From NCBI RefSeq assembly GCF_000244955.1, contig NZ_CM001439.1, forward strand, positions 4,497,234 through 4,521,233: a stretch of 24,000 bases of DNA. Reading direction: 5' to 3'. This stretch comes from Saccharomonospora marina XMU15. GTDB lineage: Bacteria; Actinomycetota; Actinomycetes; Mycobacteriales; Pseudonocardiaceae. The position numbers were made by a program, and so were the translations under genes. This document shows positions 8,066 through 15,562 of the stretch, in pieces. Below the pieces are notes generated by a model. It saw only the letters and a program-made list of their open reading frames with translations. It had not been told where the DNA came from and ran no database searches. Each line of letters starts with the position of its first letter. Positions within the stretch are counted from its first letter, which is position 1.

Positions 8066-10891
8066 TCACCTGCGAGCCGGGAACTCCACCACCTGCTGAT
8101 AGGTCGGCCGGTTCTGTGTGCTGATCTTGTCGTGAGTGATCCCGCCCAGTGGCCGGTGCACGATCGAGTCGGCACACCACTGGTCTCCCGGCTCGCAGTC
8201 GGCGTCACCGGGGTAGGTGTCCTCGATCGGCTCCCGCACGGCCTGCCGCAGCGTGTCCAGCAGCAGCGCGCGGCAGGCGGAAAGATCCCCTCCGCCGCAG
8301 AACCGCTCGCCGAGACCGCCATTCACCGGATCGCCGAGGACCGCGCGAATGTCCTTGTGCACGTAGCCCCACCAACCGGACTGGTAGGCCGAACCCTGGT
8401 GAGGCTGCCCGACGTGCTTGCCGGGCACCTCGTTCTGGAATCCGGAGGGCGACTCGTTGATCTTCAGCACCGACACCATGGCGTCGAAGGCCCGCTCGCC
8501 CATGCCCGGCTCGAACTGCGCGCGCACGAGCAGCGGCCACCAGGCATCCATGATCCGTATCGCCGTCGCGTGCCGGTAACGCCTGCTGCCGGGCTCGGTC
8601 TCGGCGCGAAGGCCGCCGTCCCGCGCCCAGGCGCGCAGTTCGGCGACGGCACCGGCCGCCACCTCGTCGGTCACCGGCGCGGTGTCGATCACCCGGAGCA
8701 GTTCCGGCAGCACCCGCTCCGCCCGTAGATCCGCCAGACCCGCCTCGGCCATCGCCTGCGTGAGGTTCACGCGGTTCACCTTGCCGCCGTCCGCGATCAG
8801 CTCACTCACCCGGCGGTCGAGCAGATCCCCTCTGTGCACCGACGACTTCTCGTACCCCGCCGCCGCGTACTCCAGCGCCTGCGCGTTGTTCCAGCTGATG
8901 TAGTAGTCCTGGTTGATCGACTGTGGGTGGGCCTCGAACGAGGTGTACTCGGCGGAGTTGCCTTCGGGATTCCAGCCGCGCCAGTCCAGCCCGGCGTTGC
9001 CCCACACCGGCATGCTCGGGTCCGCGTCGGGGTGGCGCACCGGGTTGGCACCGGAATTGAAGTAGGCGGTGTCGTCGGCGTCGGCGTAGAACCAGTTGAA
9101 GGTGTAGTTGATCTTCGAGGTGGCCCGCTGGAAGTCGCGGGCGGAACGGATGGCGCCGGGGTCGTTGAGTTCCTGGAAGCCCACGATCGAGTCGACCTCG
9201 TGGAAGTAGGTCGAGCGAAGCGATGCGTAGGCCACCGGCTTGCCGTCGACGACGGCGCGGTGGGTGACCGGACCGTACTTGGTGCGGTAGCTGCGTAGCG
9301 TGTAGGAGCCGGGCGCGGTCGGGTCCGCGATCGTGGGGCGCCAGGAGTTCTTCCGCTCCACCGTGTCCATCCGCACGCACTGCCCGTCGAAGAGGTAGTG
9401 GTCGGACTCCCGCGTCGGCGGCTCGCCGCCCGGCTCGCACAACTCCACGGCGTAGGTGTCGACGATGTCCTGCGCCGACGTGGTCGCGCTCCACGCGTAG
9501 TCCTGTCCCCTGCCGAGCAGCACGTAGAAGCTCAGCCCCGCGAACGAAGCACCGCGCGCGCTGATGCCGGGGCCCTGCAGCTCCTGCAGCATCAGCAACT
9601 GCGGGGCGAAGTAACCGGTCTGCGGGCCGAACACGGCGACAGGGTTACCGCTTTCGGTGTGTCTTCCCGAGACCAGCAACGCGTTGGACATGCCGTGCTT
9701 CTCGCTGAGCAGATCGGCAGGCAGTACGCCGTCGGCGAACATGCCGCGTGCGGGCTCCAGCTCGGCGGGAGCGGGCACGTGCCACGCCGCGGTGTCGTCG
9801 TCGGCGGCCGAACCCGACCGGTCGAAGACGAGTTGCTGCGGGAGCACCGAGTCGGGTCGGGGCATCGCCCTTCCCGTGGCGTGCTCGGGAGTCCTGCCGT
9901 AGGGAAAGCGCTGACCGTCGTGCAACGTGCGTACGGTCTCCGGGTCGTCCTCAGCGCGCAGGCCGCGCCAGACCCGCTCGCCCTGCTCGAGCCCGTACCG
10001 CTCCTGGACGGCCAGTTTCGCGATGGCGGCGCGCACCTCGCCGCCTCCGCCCGCACCGAACTGGGCACCGACCACCGAGGCCAGCACCACCAGGTCGGTC
10101 AGTTCGAACGGCTCGATCTCACCGATGTTGGTGATCGGGTCGACGTGCCCGGTGAGCACGTACTCGCCAGGGAAGTAGCGACCGCGGTGCGCCCGCTCGA
10201 TGTAGGCGTTGATGCCGTCCACGTAGGACCGCGCGTCGGCGAGCGCCTGCGCGCCCCGCGGCCCGGACCTGGCCGCCCTTTCGATCTGCTCGGCCAGTTC
10301 CTCCTCGGTGTAGGGCGCCGCGCTGAAGAACTGCTGCTCCAGTTCGCGGTTGCCCTGCGCCCCGCCCGCGAACGAGGTGAGCTGCCCCCTGCCGACACGA
10401 CGCATGATGTCCATGAGCCACAGTCGGTCCTGCGCGGCGGCGAACCCGGCGCCGAACTCGGTGCCGGATCTGGTGGTGCCGTAGATGTGTGGCACCCCCG
10501 TCGACTTGTCCCTGATGATCGTCACGTCCTCGCGCGGCCGGACAACGCTTTCCACGTCGTCCGGCTCGACGCCGAAGGAGGCGTCGTTGAAGAACCGGCG
10601 GATCGTGTCGGTCGTGAGGGTGGGGTACTCGTCGGCGAGTGCGGCGTAGGCACCGAGTTGGTCGTCCGCGTGCGCGGGTCGGGTGCCGAGCAGCCGGTGC
10701 GCGAGGATCTGAGCGAGGGTGGCGTTGCCGTTCTCGCCGGGAGGCAGGATGTCGGCGCACTGTCCGGCGCAGTAGTCGGGCACGGCAGGCGGGGGGTCCG
10801 GTTGCCGGGCCGTCGCGGAACCGGCGGGTACGACCACCCCCGCCATGGTGACAACCGCGGTCGCGATCAGGACGGGGATACGTGCCCGCAT
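8066..10891 (-). CDS. Secreted penicillin acylase family protein (Ntn hydrolase, peptidase S45; possible AHL/beta-lactam/lipopeptide acylase)
   Basis: ORF 8066..10924, with the start re-picked at ATG 10891 (GAAGGAGG plus 5-nt spacer), giving the signal peptide MRARIPVLIATAVVTMAGVVVPAGSATA. The beta-subunit nucleophile context is KHGMSNALLVSGRHTESGNPVAVFGPQTGYFAPQLL. GRGQDYAWSATTS and INYTFNWFYADADD are typical of the family. Length 941 aa. Confidence 0.92.
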   Translation of the reverse strand: MRARIPVLIATAVVTMAGVVVPAGSATARQPDPPPAVPDYCAGQCADILPPGENGNATLAQILAHRLLGTRPAHADDQLGAYAALADEYPTLTTDTIRRFFNDASFGVEPDDVESVVRPREDVTIIRDKSTGVPHIYGTTRSGTEFGAGFAAAQDRLWLMDIMRRVGRGQLTSFAGGAQGNRELEQQFFSAAPYTEEELAEQIERAARSGPRGAQALADARSYVDGINAYIERAHRGRYFPGEYVLTGHVDPITNIGEIEPFELTDLVVLASVVGAQFGAGGGGEVRAAIAKLAVQERYGLEQGERVWRGLRAEDDPETVRTLHDGQRFPYGRTPEHATGRAMPRPDSVLPQQLVFDRSGSAADDDTAAWHVPAPAELEPARGMFADGVLPADLLSEKHGMSNALLVSGRHTESGNPVAVFGPQTGYFAPQLLMLQELQGPGISARGASFAGLSFYVLLGRGQDYAWSATTSAQDIVDTYAVELCEPGGEPPTRESDHYLFDGQCVRMDTVERKNSWRPTIADPTAPGSYTLRSYRTKYGPVTHRAVVDGKPVAYASLRSTYFHEVDSIVGFQELNDPGAIRSARDFQRATSKINYTFNWFYADADDTAYFNSGANPVRHPDADPSMPVWGNAGLDWRGWNPEGNSAEYTSFEAHPQSINQDYYISWNNAQALEYAAAGYEKSSVHRGDLLDRRVSELIADGGKVNRVNLTQAMAEAGLADLRAERVLPELLRVIDTAPVTDEVAAGAVAELRAWARDGGLRAETEPGSRRYRHATAIRIMDAWWPLLVRAQFEPGMGERAFDAMVSVLKINESPSGFQNEVPGKHVGQPHQGSAYQSGWWGYVHKDIRAVLGDPVNGGLGERFCGGGDLSACRALLLDTLRQAVREPIEDTYPGDADCEPGDQWCADSIVHRPLGGITHDKISTQNRPTYQQVVEFPARR

Positions 10892-10922
10892 ACCGGCCTC
10901 CTTCGGCGCCTGTGCCGCGGGC

Positions 10923-10952
10923 ACATTACCGACGAGTACCGGAATTTGTGAA
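10923..10952 (-). promoter_or_regulatory. Candidate housekeeping-type promoter for the acylase gene (TTCACA-N18-TAATGT)
   Basis: On the minus strand the -35-like TTCACA is at 10952-10947 and the -10-like TAATGT at 10928-10923, in an AT-richer patch about 30 nt upstream of the ATG. Confidence 0.35.
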
Positions 10953-10999
10953 GAGTATTCGTTTTTATCGCCCTGTCGGACTACCGTAGGGACCGCGGG

Positions 11000-11485
11000 C
11001 TACGGCTGGTCCTCGTCCCGGTCCCCAGCGGCGGCCCTGCCTGCCGCGCCACCTCGCCGGGCGGCCTCTTCCTCGGTCTCTCCCTCGCGCATCCCGAGCA
11101 CCCATGCCCTCGACGCCCTACGGAACAGCAGCACCACGACAGCGGCACCGGCGAGCATGGTCGGCACGCCGTAGCCGGGCTGGGCGGACGGCCCGGTCGC
11201 GTACCAGCCGATTCCTACCAGCAGCAGGCCTACCACCAGCGCGGGCGAGCGAGCCCAGGTCTTGCCGAGCAGCAGACCGGCGGCGACGGCCAGCACACCA
11301 GCGGCGAGCAGGGCGTAGTAGGCGATCTCGGCGTAGATGTTGTTGCCCGGCGCCGCCGTCTCACCACCGGAGTCGACGGCCAGTACGACGCCGATGGCCA
11401 GCAGCGCCAAACCGGGCAGCACGGTGATCGCGCCCGCGAGGCGCACCTCGCGGGGAGCGGGAGAGAGTTTGTCGCGAATGGGCAC
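11000..11485 (-). CDS. Small integral membrane protein (Rv3217c-like position), function unknown
   Basis: This is the C-terminal part of ORF 11000..12271; the rest overlaps the opposite-strand kinase-like gene and is spurious. There are at least three hydrophobic segments (AITVLPGLALLAIGVVLAV, IAYYALLAAGVLAVAAGLLLG, PALVVGLLLVGIGWY / TMLAGAAVVVLLF) and an acidic tail. Start GTG 11485 (GGAGGG 9 nt upstream) is preferred; ATG 11527 is the alternative. Confidence 0.7.
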   Translation of the reverse strand: MPIRDKLSPAPREVRLAGAITVLPGLALLAIGVVLAVDSGGETAAPGNNIYAEIAYYALLAAGVLAVAAGLLLGKTWARSPALVVGLLLVGIGWYATGPSAQPGYGVPTMLAGAAVVVLLFRRASRAWVLGMREGETEEEAARRGGAAGRAAAGDRDEDQP

Positions 11486-11782
11486 GGGTTTCGGCCCTCC
11501 AGTCAGATGACCGTGCGTGAGCACCATCGATGGTATGCCACCCGGACGGCCGTTTTCGCGTGGCCGGGCCGCGAGCAAAGATTCTGTTGTCGTCGATGAG
11601 CGAGCGGTCGGCTCGGGGTGCACTCGTCGCGACGCGAGGTCCGGCGCGGCCGAAGGTCGCAGGCAGAACGGAGGGCAACCGGCAGGAGCCAACGAGACCA
11701 CGGGTTCAGCGGCTTCACGGCGCAGTGACGAGATTCGCAGAAGTTGTGCGGTCAACCGGCCCGGAACCACTGCCGGGTCACC

Positions 11783-11788
11783 TACTCT
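11783..11788 (+). promoter_or_regulatory. Candidate -10 hexamer (TACTCT) 6 nt upstream of GTG 11795; leaderless-type geometry
   Basis: TANNNT match with no SD before the GTG. Confidence 0.4.
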
Positions 11789-11794
11789 GCGGTA

Positions 11795-12721
11795 GTGCGC
11801 GCAGTTCTCGTCGTGAATCCGCAAGCCACCGCGACCACACCCGGTGGCCGCGACGTGCTGGCGCACGCGCTGGCCAGTCAGGTGAAGCTCGACGTCGTCG
11901 AGACCGAACACCGGGGCCACGCCATGGCCGTCGCCGAAGCCGCGGCCGCCGACGGCATCGGACTCGTCGTCGCGCACGGCGGGGACGGCACCGTCAACGA
12001 GGTCGTGAACGGACTGCTCGCGGGCACCGACGGCCGCCCGGGACAGTTCGACTCGGTACCGATGCTCGGCGTCGTTCCCGGCGGTTCCGCGAACGTCTTC
12101 GCCAGGGCGCTCGGACTTCCCCGCGATCCGGTCGAGGCCACGCACGTGTTGCTGCGCGCGCTGGAGCACGGCCACGGCAGGCAGGTCGGACTCGGCAGGG
12201 CAGGCGAGCGATGGTTCACCTTCAACGCCGGGATGGGCTGGGACGCCGACGTCGTGGCGGAGGTGGAGCAACGGCGCGGCAAGCAGACGGGGCCATCGCT
12301 GTACCTACGCACCGCCGTGTCGTGCTACCTGCGCCACCCCCGAGGCAGGACGCCGCTGACCGTCCGCCTTCCCGGTGAGGAACCGGTGGAGGTGCGCACC
12401 GCGTTCGTTTCCAACACCGCTCCCTGGAGCTACCTCGGCGCCCGGCCGGTTCAGCTCAACACCGAGTGTTCGTTCGACACCGGACTGGGGCTGTTCGCGC
12501 TGACAAGCCTCGGCCTGCCGACCGTACTTCGACACGTGGGACAGGCACTGCGCAAGCGCGCGAGGCACCGGGGCGGACGTCTGCTGCGTCACGATGACCT
12601 GGCGATAGTCAGCATTACCGCACACGAACAGGTAAACTTGCAGGTCGACGGAGATCTGGTCGGGCAGCGTCGGCACGTGGAGTTCGTCAGCGTGCCCCGT
12701 GCGCTCACCGTCGTGAGTTGA
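11795..12721 (+). CDS. Diacylglycerol kinase catalytic-domain (YegS/LCB5-like lipid kinase) family protein (Rv3218-like position)
   Basis: ORF 11744..12721, with the start re-picked at GTG 11795 (VRAVLVVNPQA). It carries LVVAHGGDGTVNEVVNGL and LGVVPGGSANVFARALGLP, the DAGK_cat signature (GGDGT, PxGTxN-like). Confidence 0.88.
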   Translation: MRAVLVVNPQATATTPGGRDVLAHALASQVKLDVVETEHRGHAMAVAEAAAADGIGLVVAHGGDGTVNEVVNGLLAGTDGRPGQFDSVPMLGVVPGGSANVFARALGLPRDPVEATHVLLRALEHGHGRQVGLGRAGERWFTFNAGMGWDADVVAEVEQRRGKQTGPSLYLRTAVSCYLRHPRGRTPLTVRLPGEEPVEVRTAFVSNTAPWSYLGARPVQLNTECSFDTGLGLFALTSLGLPTVLRHVGQALRKRARHRGGRLLRHDDLAIVSITAHEQVNLQVDGDLVGQRRHVEFVSVPRALTVVS

Positions 12722-12872
12722 GTGGTTGCTGTCGGTCAACGCATCGACGTGATCACCTGCGGCAAACTGGCGTTGCCGCTCGGCGACGGAAAGAGCCCAC
12801 TCACCGCAACGTCGACCGGCCAACAGGCCCCGCGACACCGCAAAGTCGCAGGTCAGACCGGTCGCTTGGCCG

Positions 12873-12888
12873 GGTGAGCTGACTCACC
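12873..12888. promoter_or_regulatory. CRP/FNR-type site A upstream of whiB1 (gGTGA-gctgac-TCACc)
   Basis: Perfect GGTGA/TCACC arms with a 6-nt spacer. The centre lies 128.5 nt upstream of the whiB1 ATG. Confidence 0.5.
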
Positions 12889-12922
12889 GATCTCCGCCAA
12901 ACACTTGTCGAACCCGGAGCTT

Positions 12923-12938
12923 CGTGAAAGCATTCACA
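12923..12938. promoter_or_regulatory. CRP/FNR-type site B upstream of whiB1 (cGTGA-aagcat-TCACa)
   Basis: Matches TGTGA-N6-TCACA at 9 of 10 arm positions. The centre lies 78.5 nt upstream of the whiB1 ATG and 50 bp from site A. Confidence 0.6.
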
Positions 12939-13008
12939 AGCACCCCAAGAAACGACCGCCATGACGACTGTGGCGCGGACAGCCGCGCCCCAAAAGGAGC
13001 TCACGAAA

Positions 13009-13263
13009 ATGGACTGGCGCCACCGCGCGGCCTGCCGAGACGAGGACCCCGAACTGTTCTTCCCCGTGGGAACAAGTGGCCCCGCTGTCTCGCAGATTGC
13101 CGCGGCGAAGGCCGTGTGCCACCGCTGCACCGTCGCTGCCGACTGCCTGGCCTGGGCACTGGCCAGCGGCCAGGATGCAGGCGTCTGGGGCGGCATGAGC
13201 GAAGACGAGCGGCGTGCACTCAAGCGTCGCCGTGCGCAGATCGGCACGCGCAGCAATTTCTGA
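13009..13263 (+). CDS. whiB1: WhiB family [4Fe-4S] transcription factor WhiB1 (WblE)
   Basis: ORF 12961..13263, with the start re-picked at ATG 13009 (AAGGAG at 12994-12999). MDWRHRAACRDEDPELFFPVGTSGPAVSQIAAAKAVCHRCTVAADCLAWALASGQDAGVWGGMSEDERRALKRR is near-collinear with M. tuberculosis WhiB1, with 4 Cys and the GVWGG turn. Length 84 aa. Confidence 0.95.
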   Translation: MDWRHRAACRDEDPELFFPVGTSGPAVSQIAAAKAVCHRCTVAADCLAWALASGQDAGVWGGMSEDERRALKRRRAQIGTRSNF

Positions 13264-13371
13264 GATCACCCAGCGGCAGTTCCTGGCTCACTTGGCGTTT
13301 CGCGAAGGGACCGGGCAACCGGTGCTAAGCGTTCACTGAGAACACTCAAGCCGCGGGTACAACAGCGAATT

Positions 13372-13393
13372 CCTTTTGCCGCAAGGCAAAAGG
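13372..13393 (+). terminator. Stem-loop with GNRA tetraloop followed by UUUG (likely whiB1 terminator)
   Basis: CCTTTTGCC-GCAA-GGCAAAAGG is a perfect 9-bp stem, followed by TTTG. Confidence 0.55.
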
Positions 13394-13394
13394 T

Positions 13395-13431
13395 TTGAGG
13401 GCCGACATCCGTTTCGGGTGTCGGCCCTCAA
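13395..13431 (-). terminator. Long stem-loop (likely pdtaS terminator; bidirectional with the previous one)
   Basis: TTGAGGGCCGACA (13395-13407) pairs with TGTCGGCCCTCAA (13419-13431), and the stem extends inward through a U-G pair and CCG/CGG to a UUU loop, about 17 bp in all. On the minus strand it is followed by ACCUUUUGCC. Confidence 0.6.
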
Positions 13432-13487
13432 GCGCTGTGCATACGGCTCGCGGAAAAGCGCCGCAATTCGATCCCGGAAATCGCCGA

Positions 13488-15020
13488 TCACACTCGGCGG
13501 CTGAGCGGGATGCGCAGAGCCGCCTCGGTGCCGCCGAGGCGTCGACCCGCGGCGGTGGGAGCTCCGCCCGCGGACGTCTCGTCCTCCCGGATTCCACGCA
13601 GCGACAGCGAACCTCGCAGCTCCGACTCCACGAGCGTCCGCGCGATCTGCAGCCCGAGTCCGTCAGCACGCTCGAGGGAGAACCCCGCGGGCAGCCCCTT
13701 GCCGTTGTCCCTCACCAGCACGTCGAGCCAGCGGGCCGATCGCTCGACCACGATCTCCACCTTGCCGTTGCGCCCGCCCGCGAAGGCATGGCCGACGGCG
13801 TTTTGCACCAGTTCGGCGACCACCATCACCAGCGGCGTCGCGATCTCGGCGACGACCACCCCGAAAGAGCCGGTCCGCGAGAGCCTCACCTGGGACTCCG
13901 CCGTAGCGACCTCACCCACCATGGGCAGCACGTTGTCGAGAAGCTTGTCCAGATCCACCCGCTCGTCGACCGACATCGACAGCGCCTCGTGCACCATGGC
14001 GATGGAGGAAACCCTGCGCACCGACTCGCCGAGTGCCTGCCGCGCCTCCGGTGAGGGTGTCCTGCGCGACTGCAGCCGCAACAGCGCCGCCACCGTCTGC
14101 AGGTTGTTCTTCACCCGATGATGGATCTCGCGGATGGTGGCGTCCTTGGAAAGCAAGGCCCTGTCCCTGCGCTTGACCTCGGTGACGTCGCGCACCAGCA
14201 CGAGTGCTCCCGCCGCTCGACCCCCTGGCCGCAGCGGCAGCGCTCGGAACAACACCACGGCGCCACGCCTCGACTCGACCTCGGTGCGGCTGCCCGGCTT
14301 GCCGTCGAGGGCGTCCAGAATGCGGTGCGAGACCTCCGTCGCGTCGAACGGGTCCCTGATGAGCGACCGGGTCAGCGGAGCCAGCCTGGTCCCGATGAGA
14401 TCGGATTCGTGCCCCATCCTGTGGTAGGCCGACTGCCCGTTGGGACTGGCGAAAACGACCGTCCCGCTGGAGTCCACCCTGATCAGCCCGTCGCCGACCC
14501 TGGGACTGGTGTGCACGTCCGAGGTGCCGTCGACGCTGGGGAAGGTGCCGTCGGCGATCATCTGGCACAGGTCGGCCGCGCTGCCGAGATAGGCGATCTC
14601 CAGCGGGCTCGGCACCCTCGGTGAGGCGAGGTTGGTGTCGCGGCTGAGCACGGCCACGACGGACTCGCCGAAGCGCACCGGAATCGCTTCCCTGCGCATC
14701 GGCAGGTCCCGGTACCAGTGCGGTTCCTCCTCGCGGCAGATGCGTTCCTCCCGCATCGCCCTGGCCAGTTGCGGATGATCGGCCGTGGTGAACCTGGTGC
14801 CGACCACGTCCTCGGGATGGGCCGTCGGGCCCGTGGTCGGTCTCACCTGGGCCACGCAGACGAAGTCGCCGTCGTCCTCCTCCGAAGGAACCCACAGCAG
14901 GAAGTCCGCGAAGGAAAGGTCGGCGAGCAACTGCCACTCGGCGACCACCATCTGCAGGTGGTCGACCGCCTCGCCCGGCAGGCCGGTGTTGTCGGCGAGC
15001 AGCTCAGCTAGCGTGGACAT
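13488..15020 (-). CDS. pdtaS: Soluble GAF-PAS sensor histidine kinase PdtaS
   Basis: ORF 13488..15041, with the start re-picked at ATG 15020 (GGGAGGGG SD). The N-terminus MSTLAELLADNTGLPGEAVDHLQMVVAEWQLLADLSFADFLLWVP is PdtaS-like. It has a HisKA_2 H-box (IHHRVKNNLQTVAALLRLQ) and an ATPase region (VVAELVQNAVGHAF...DNGKGLP). There are no TM segments. The position convergent with whiB1 matches M. tuberculosis Rv3219/Rv3220c. Confidence 0.9.
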   Translation of the reverse strand: MSTLAELLADNTGLPGEAVDHLQMVVAEWQLLADLSFADFLLWVPSEEDDGDFVCVAQVRPTTGPTAHPEDVVGTRFTTADHPQLARAMREERICREEEPHWYRDLPMRREAIPVRFGESVVAVLSRDTNLASPRVPSPLEIAYLGSAADLCQMIADGTFPSVDGTSDVHTSPRVGDGLIRVDSSGTVVFASPNGQSAYHRMGHESDLIGTRLAPLTRSLIRDPFDATEVSHRILDALDGKPGSRTEVESRRGAVVLFRALPLRPGGRAAGALVLVRDVTEVKRRDRALLSKDATIREIHHRVKNNLQTVAALLRLQSRRTPSPEARQALGESVRRVSSIAMVHEALSMSVDERVDLDKLLDNVLPMVGEVATAESQVRLSRTGSFGVVVAEIATPLVMVVAELVQNAVGHAFAGGRNGKVEIVVERSARWLDVLVRDNGKGLPAGFSLERADGLGLQIARTLVESELRGSLSLRGIREDETSAGGAPTAAGRRLGGTEAALRIPLSRRV

Positions 15021-15116
15021 ACCCCTCCCGGCCACTCCCACGGTTCGGATGCAATGCGAGCGAACTAGCCCCCACGTGACACACTAGACGCCGAGTAAGC
15101 CATGGAGGAGTGAGCA

Positions 15117-15191
15117 ATGTCGAAGCGAGCCCGCAAGCGCCGCGACAGGAAGAAGAAGGGCGCCAACCACGGCAAGAAGCCCAACGCCTGA
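15117..15191 (+). CDS. 24-aa Lys/Arg-rich microprotein, probable 50S ribosomal protein bL37
   Basis: Too short for the ORF track. GGAGGAG (15104-15110) plus a 6-nt spacer precedes the ATG. Translation is MSKRARKRRDRKKKGANHGKKPNA, then TGA. All codons are GC3-biased (AAG, CGC, GGC, AAC). The composition and the ANHGK.PN ending match my recollection of the actinobacterial bL37 family found in mycobacterial ribosome structures. It is followed by a strong hairpin. Confidence 0.65.
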   Translation: MSKRARKRRDRKKKGANHGKKPNA

Positions 15192-15197
15192 CGCCGA

Positions 15198-15234
15198 GTC
15201 GTGGGTGAGCGGCGACTCGCCGTTCACCCACGAC
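15198..15234. terminator. Bidirectional stem-loop shared by the microgene and rshA
   Basis: GTCGTGGGTGA (15198-15208) pairs perfectly with TCACCCACGAC (15224-15234), an 11-bp stem. The loop gcggcgactcgccgt contains a further GGCG/CGCC pairing. The 3' arm contains the rshA stop codon (15224-15226) and its last three sense codons. Confidence 0.6.
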
Positions 15235-15562
15235 CGTCTGGGGTCTGCAACTCCTCGATGTCGATCTCGGTCTCGGCGTAGCGCAGCCCGCCTCGCTGCT
15301 GCACGGTCTCGCGGATCGAGGCCCGCAGTCTGCTCTTCAGCTCGGCGGGCGCGAGGTCACCGCCGCACTTTCGCGCGAGCAACTGCTTGATCTGCACGTC
15401 GATGCCGTACTCCTCAAGGCAGGGCGGGCAGTCCTCGATGTGCTTGCGCAGCTCGGCGTCGCGCTCCGGGCTGCACTCCTTGTCGAGCAACAGGTAGATC
15501 TCGGCGAGCGCCTCGTCGCAGTTGACCTTGCCGGACTCGTCCGAACCGCCGCACGCGCTCAT
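15224..15562 (-). CDS. rshA: Zinc-associated (ZAS) anti-sigma factor RshA/RsrA
   Basis: 112 aa. It has C-x27-H-x3-C-x2-C spacing, with the HIEDCPPC (HxxxCxxC) motif and an upstream Cys in [10 protein letters not shown]. The start overlaps the sigH stop (ATGA at 15559-15562). Confidence 0.92.
   Translation of the reverse strand: MSACGGSDESGKVNCDEALAEIYLLLDKECSPERDAELRKHIEDCPPCLEEYGIDVQIKQLLARKCGGDLAPAELKSRLRASIRETVQQRGGLRYAETEIDIEELQTPDGRG

Noticed and set aside
10941-10963. GGAAT...GTT on the plus strand near the acylase promoter as a second SigH-type promoter
   Set aside because: The spacer is 15 nt rather than 18-19, and the orientation points into the 3' end of the membrane-protein gene. 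Other GGAAT/ATTCC occurrences in the window that I checked also lack GTT at the correct spacing.
11528-12271. Upstream 248 codons of minus-strand ORF 11000..12271
   Set aside because: This stretch overlaps the well-supported plus-strand DAG-kinase-like gene and the intergenic region. Only the hydrophobic C-terminal 161-175 aa look like a real membrane protein.
12961-13008. Longer WhiB1 form starting at ATG 12961
   Set aside because: The AAGGAG SD sits inside this extension, directly upstream of ATG 13009, and the M. tuberculosis WhiB1 alignment begins at MDWRH.
15076-15081. CACGTG palindrome in the pdtaS/microgene divergent region, as a possible operator related to the CACGTTC palindrome at 1267
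   Set aside because: It is only a 6-bp self-complementary hexamer with no extended symmetry, which is expected by chance in GC-rich DNA.
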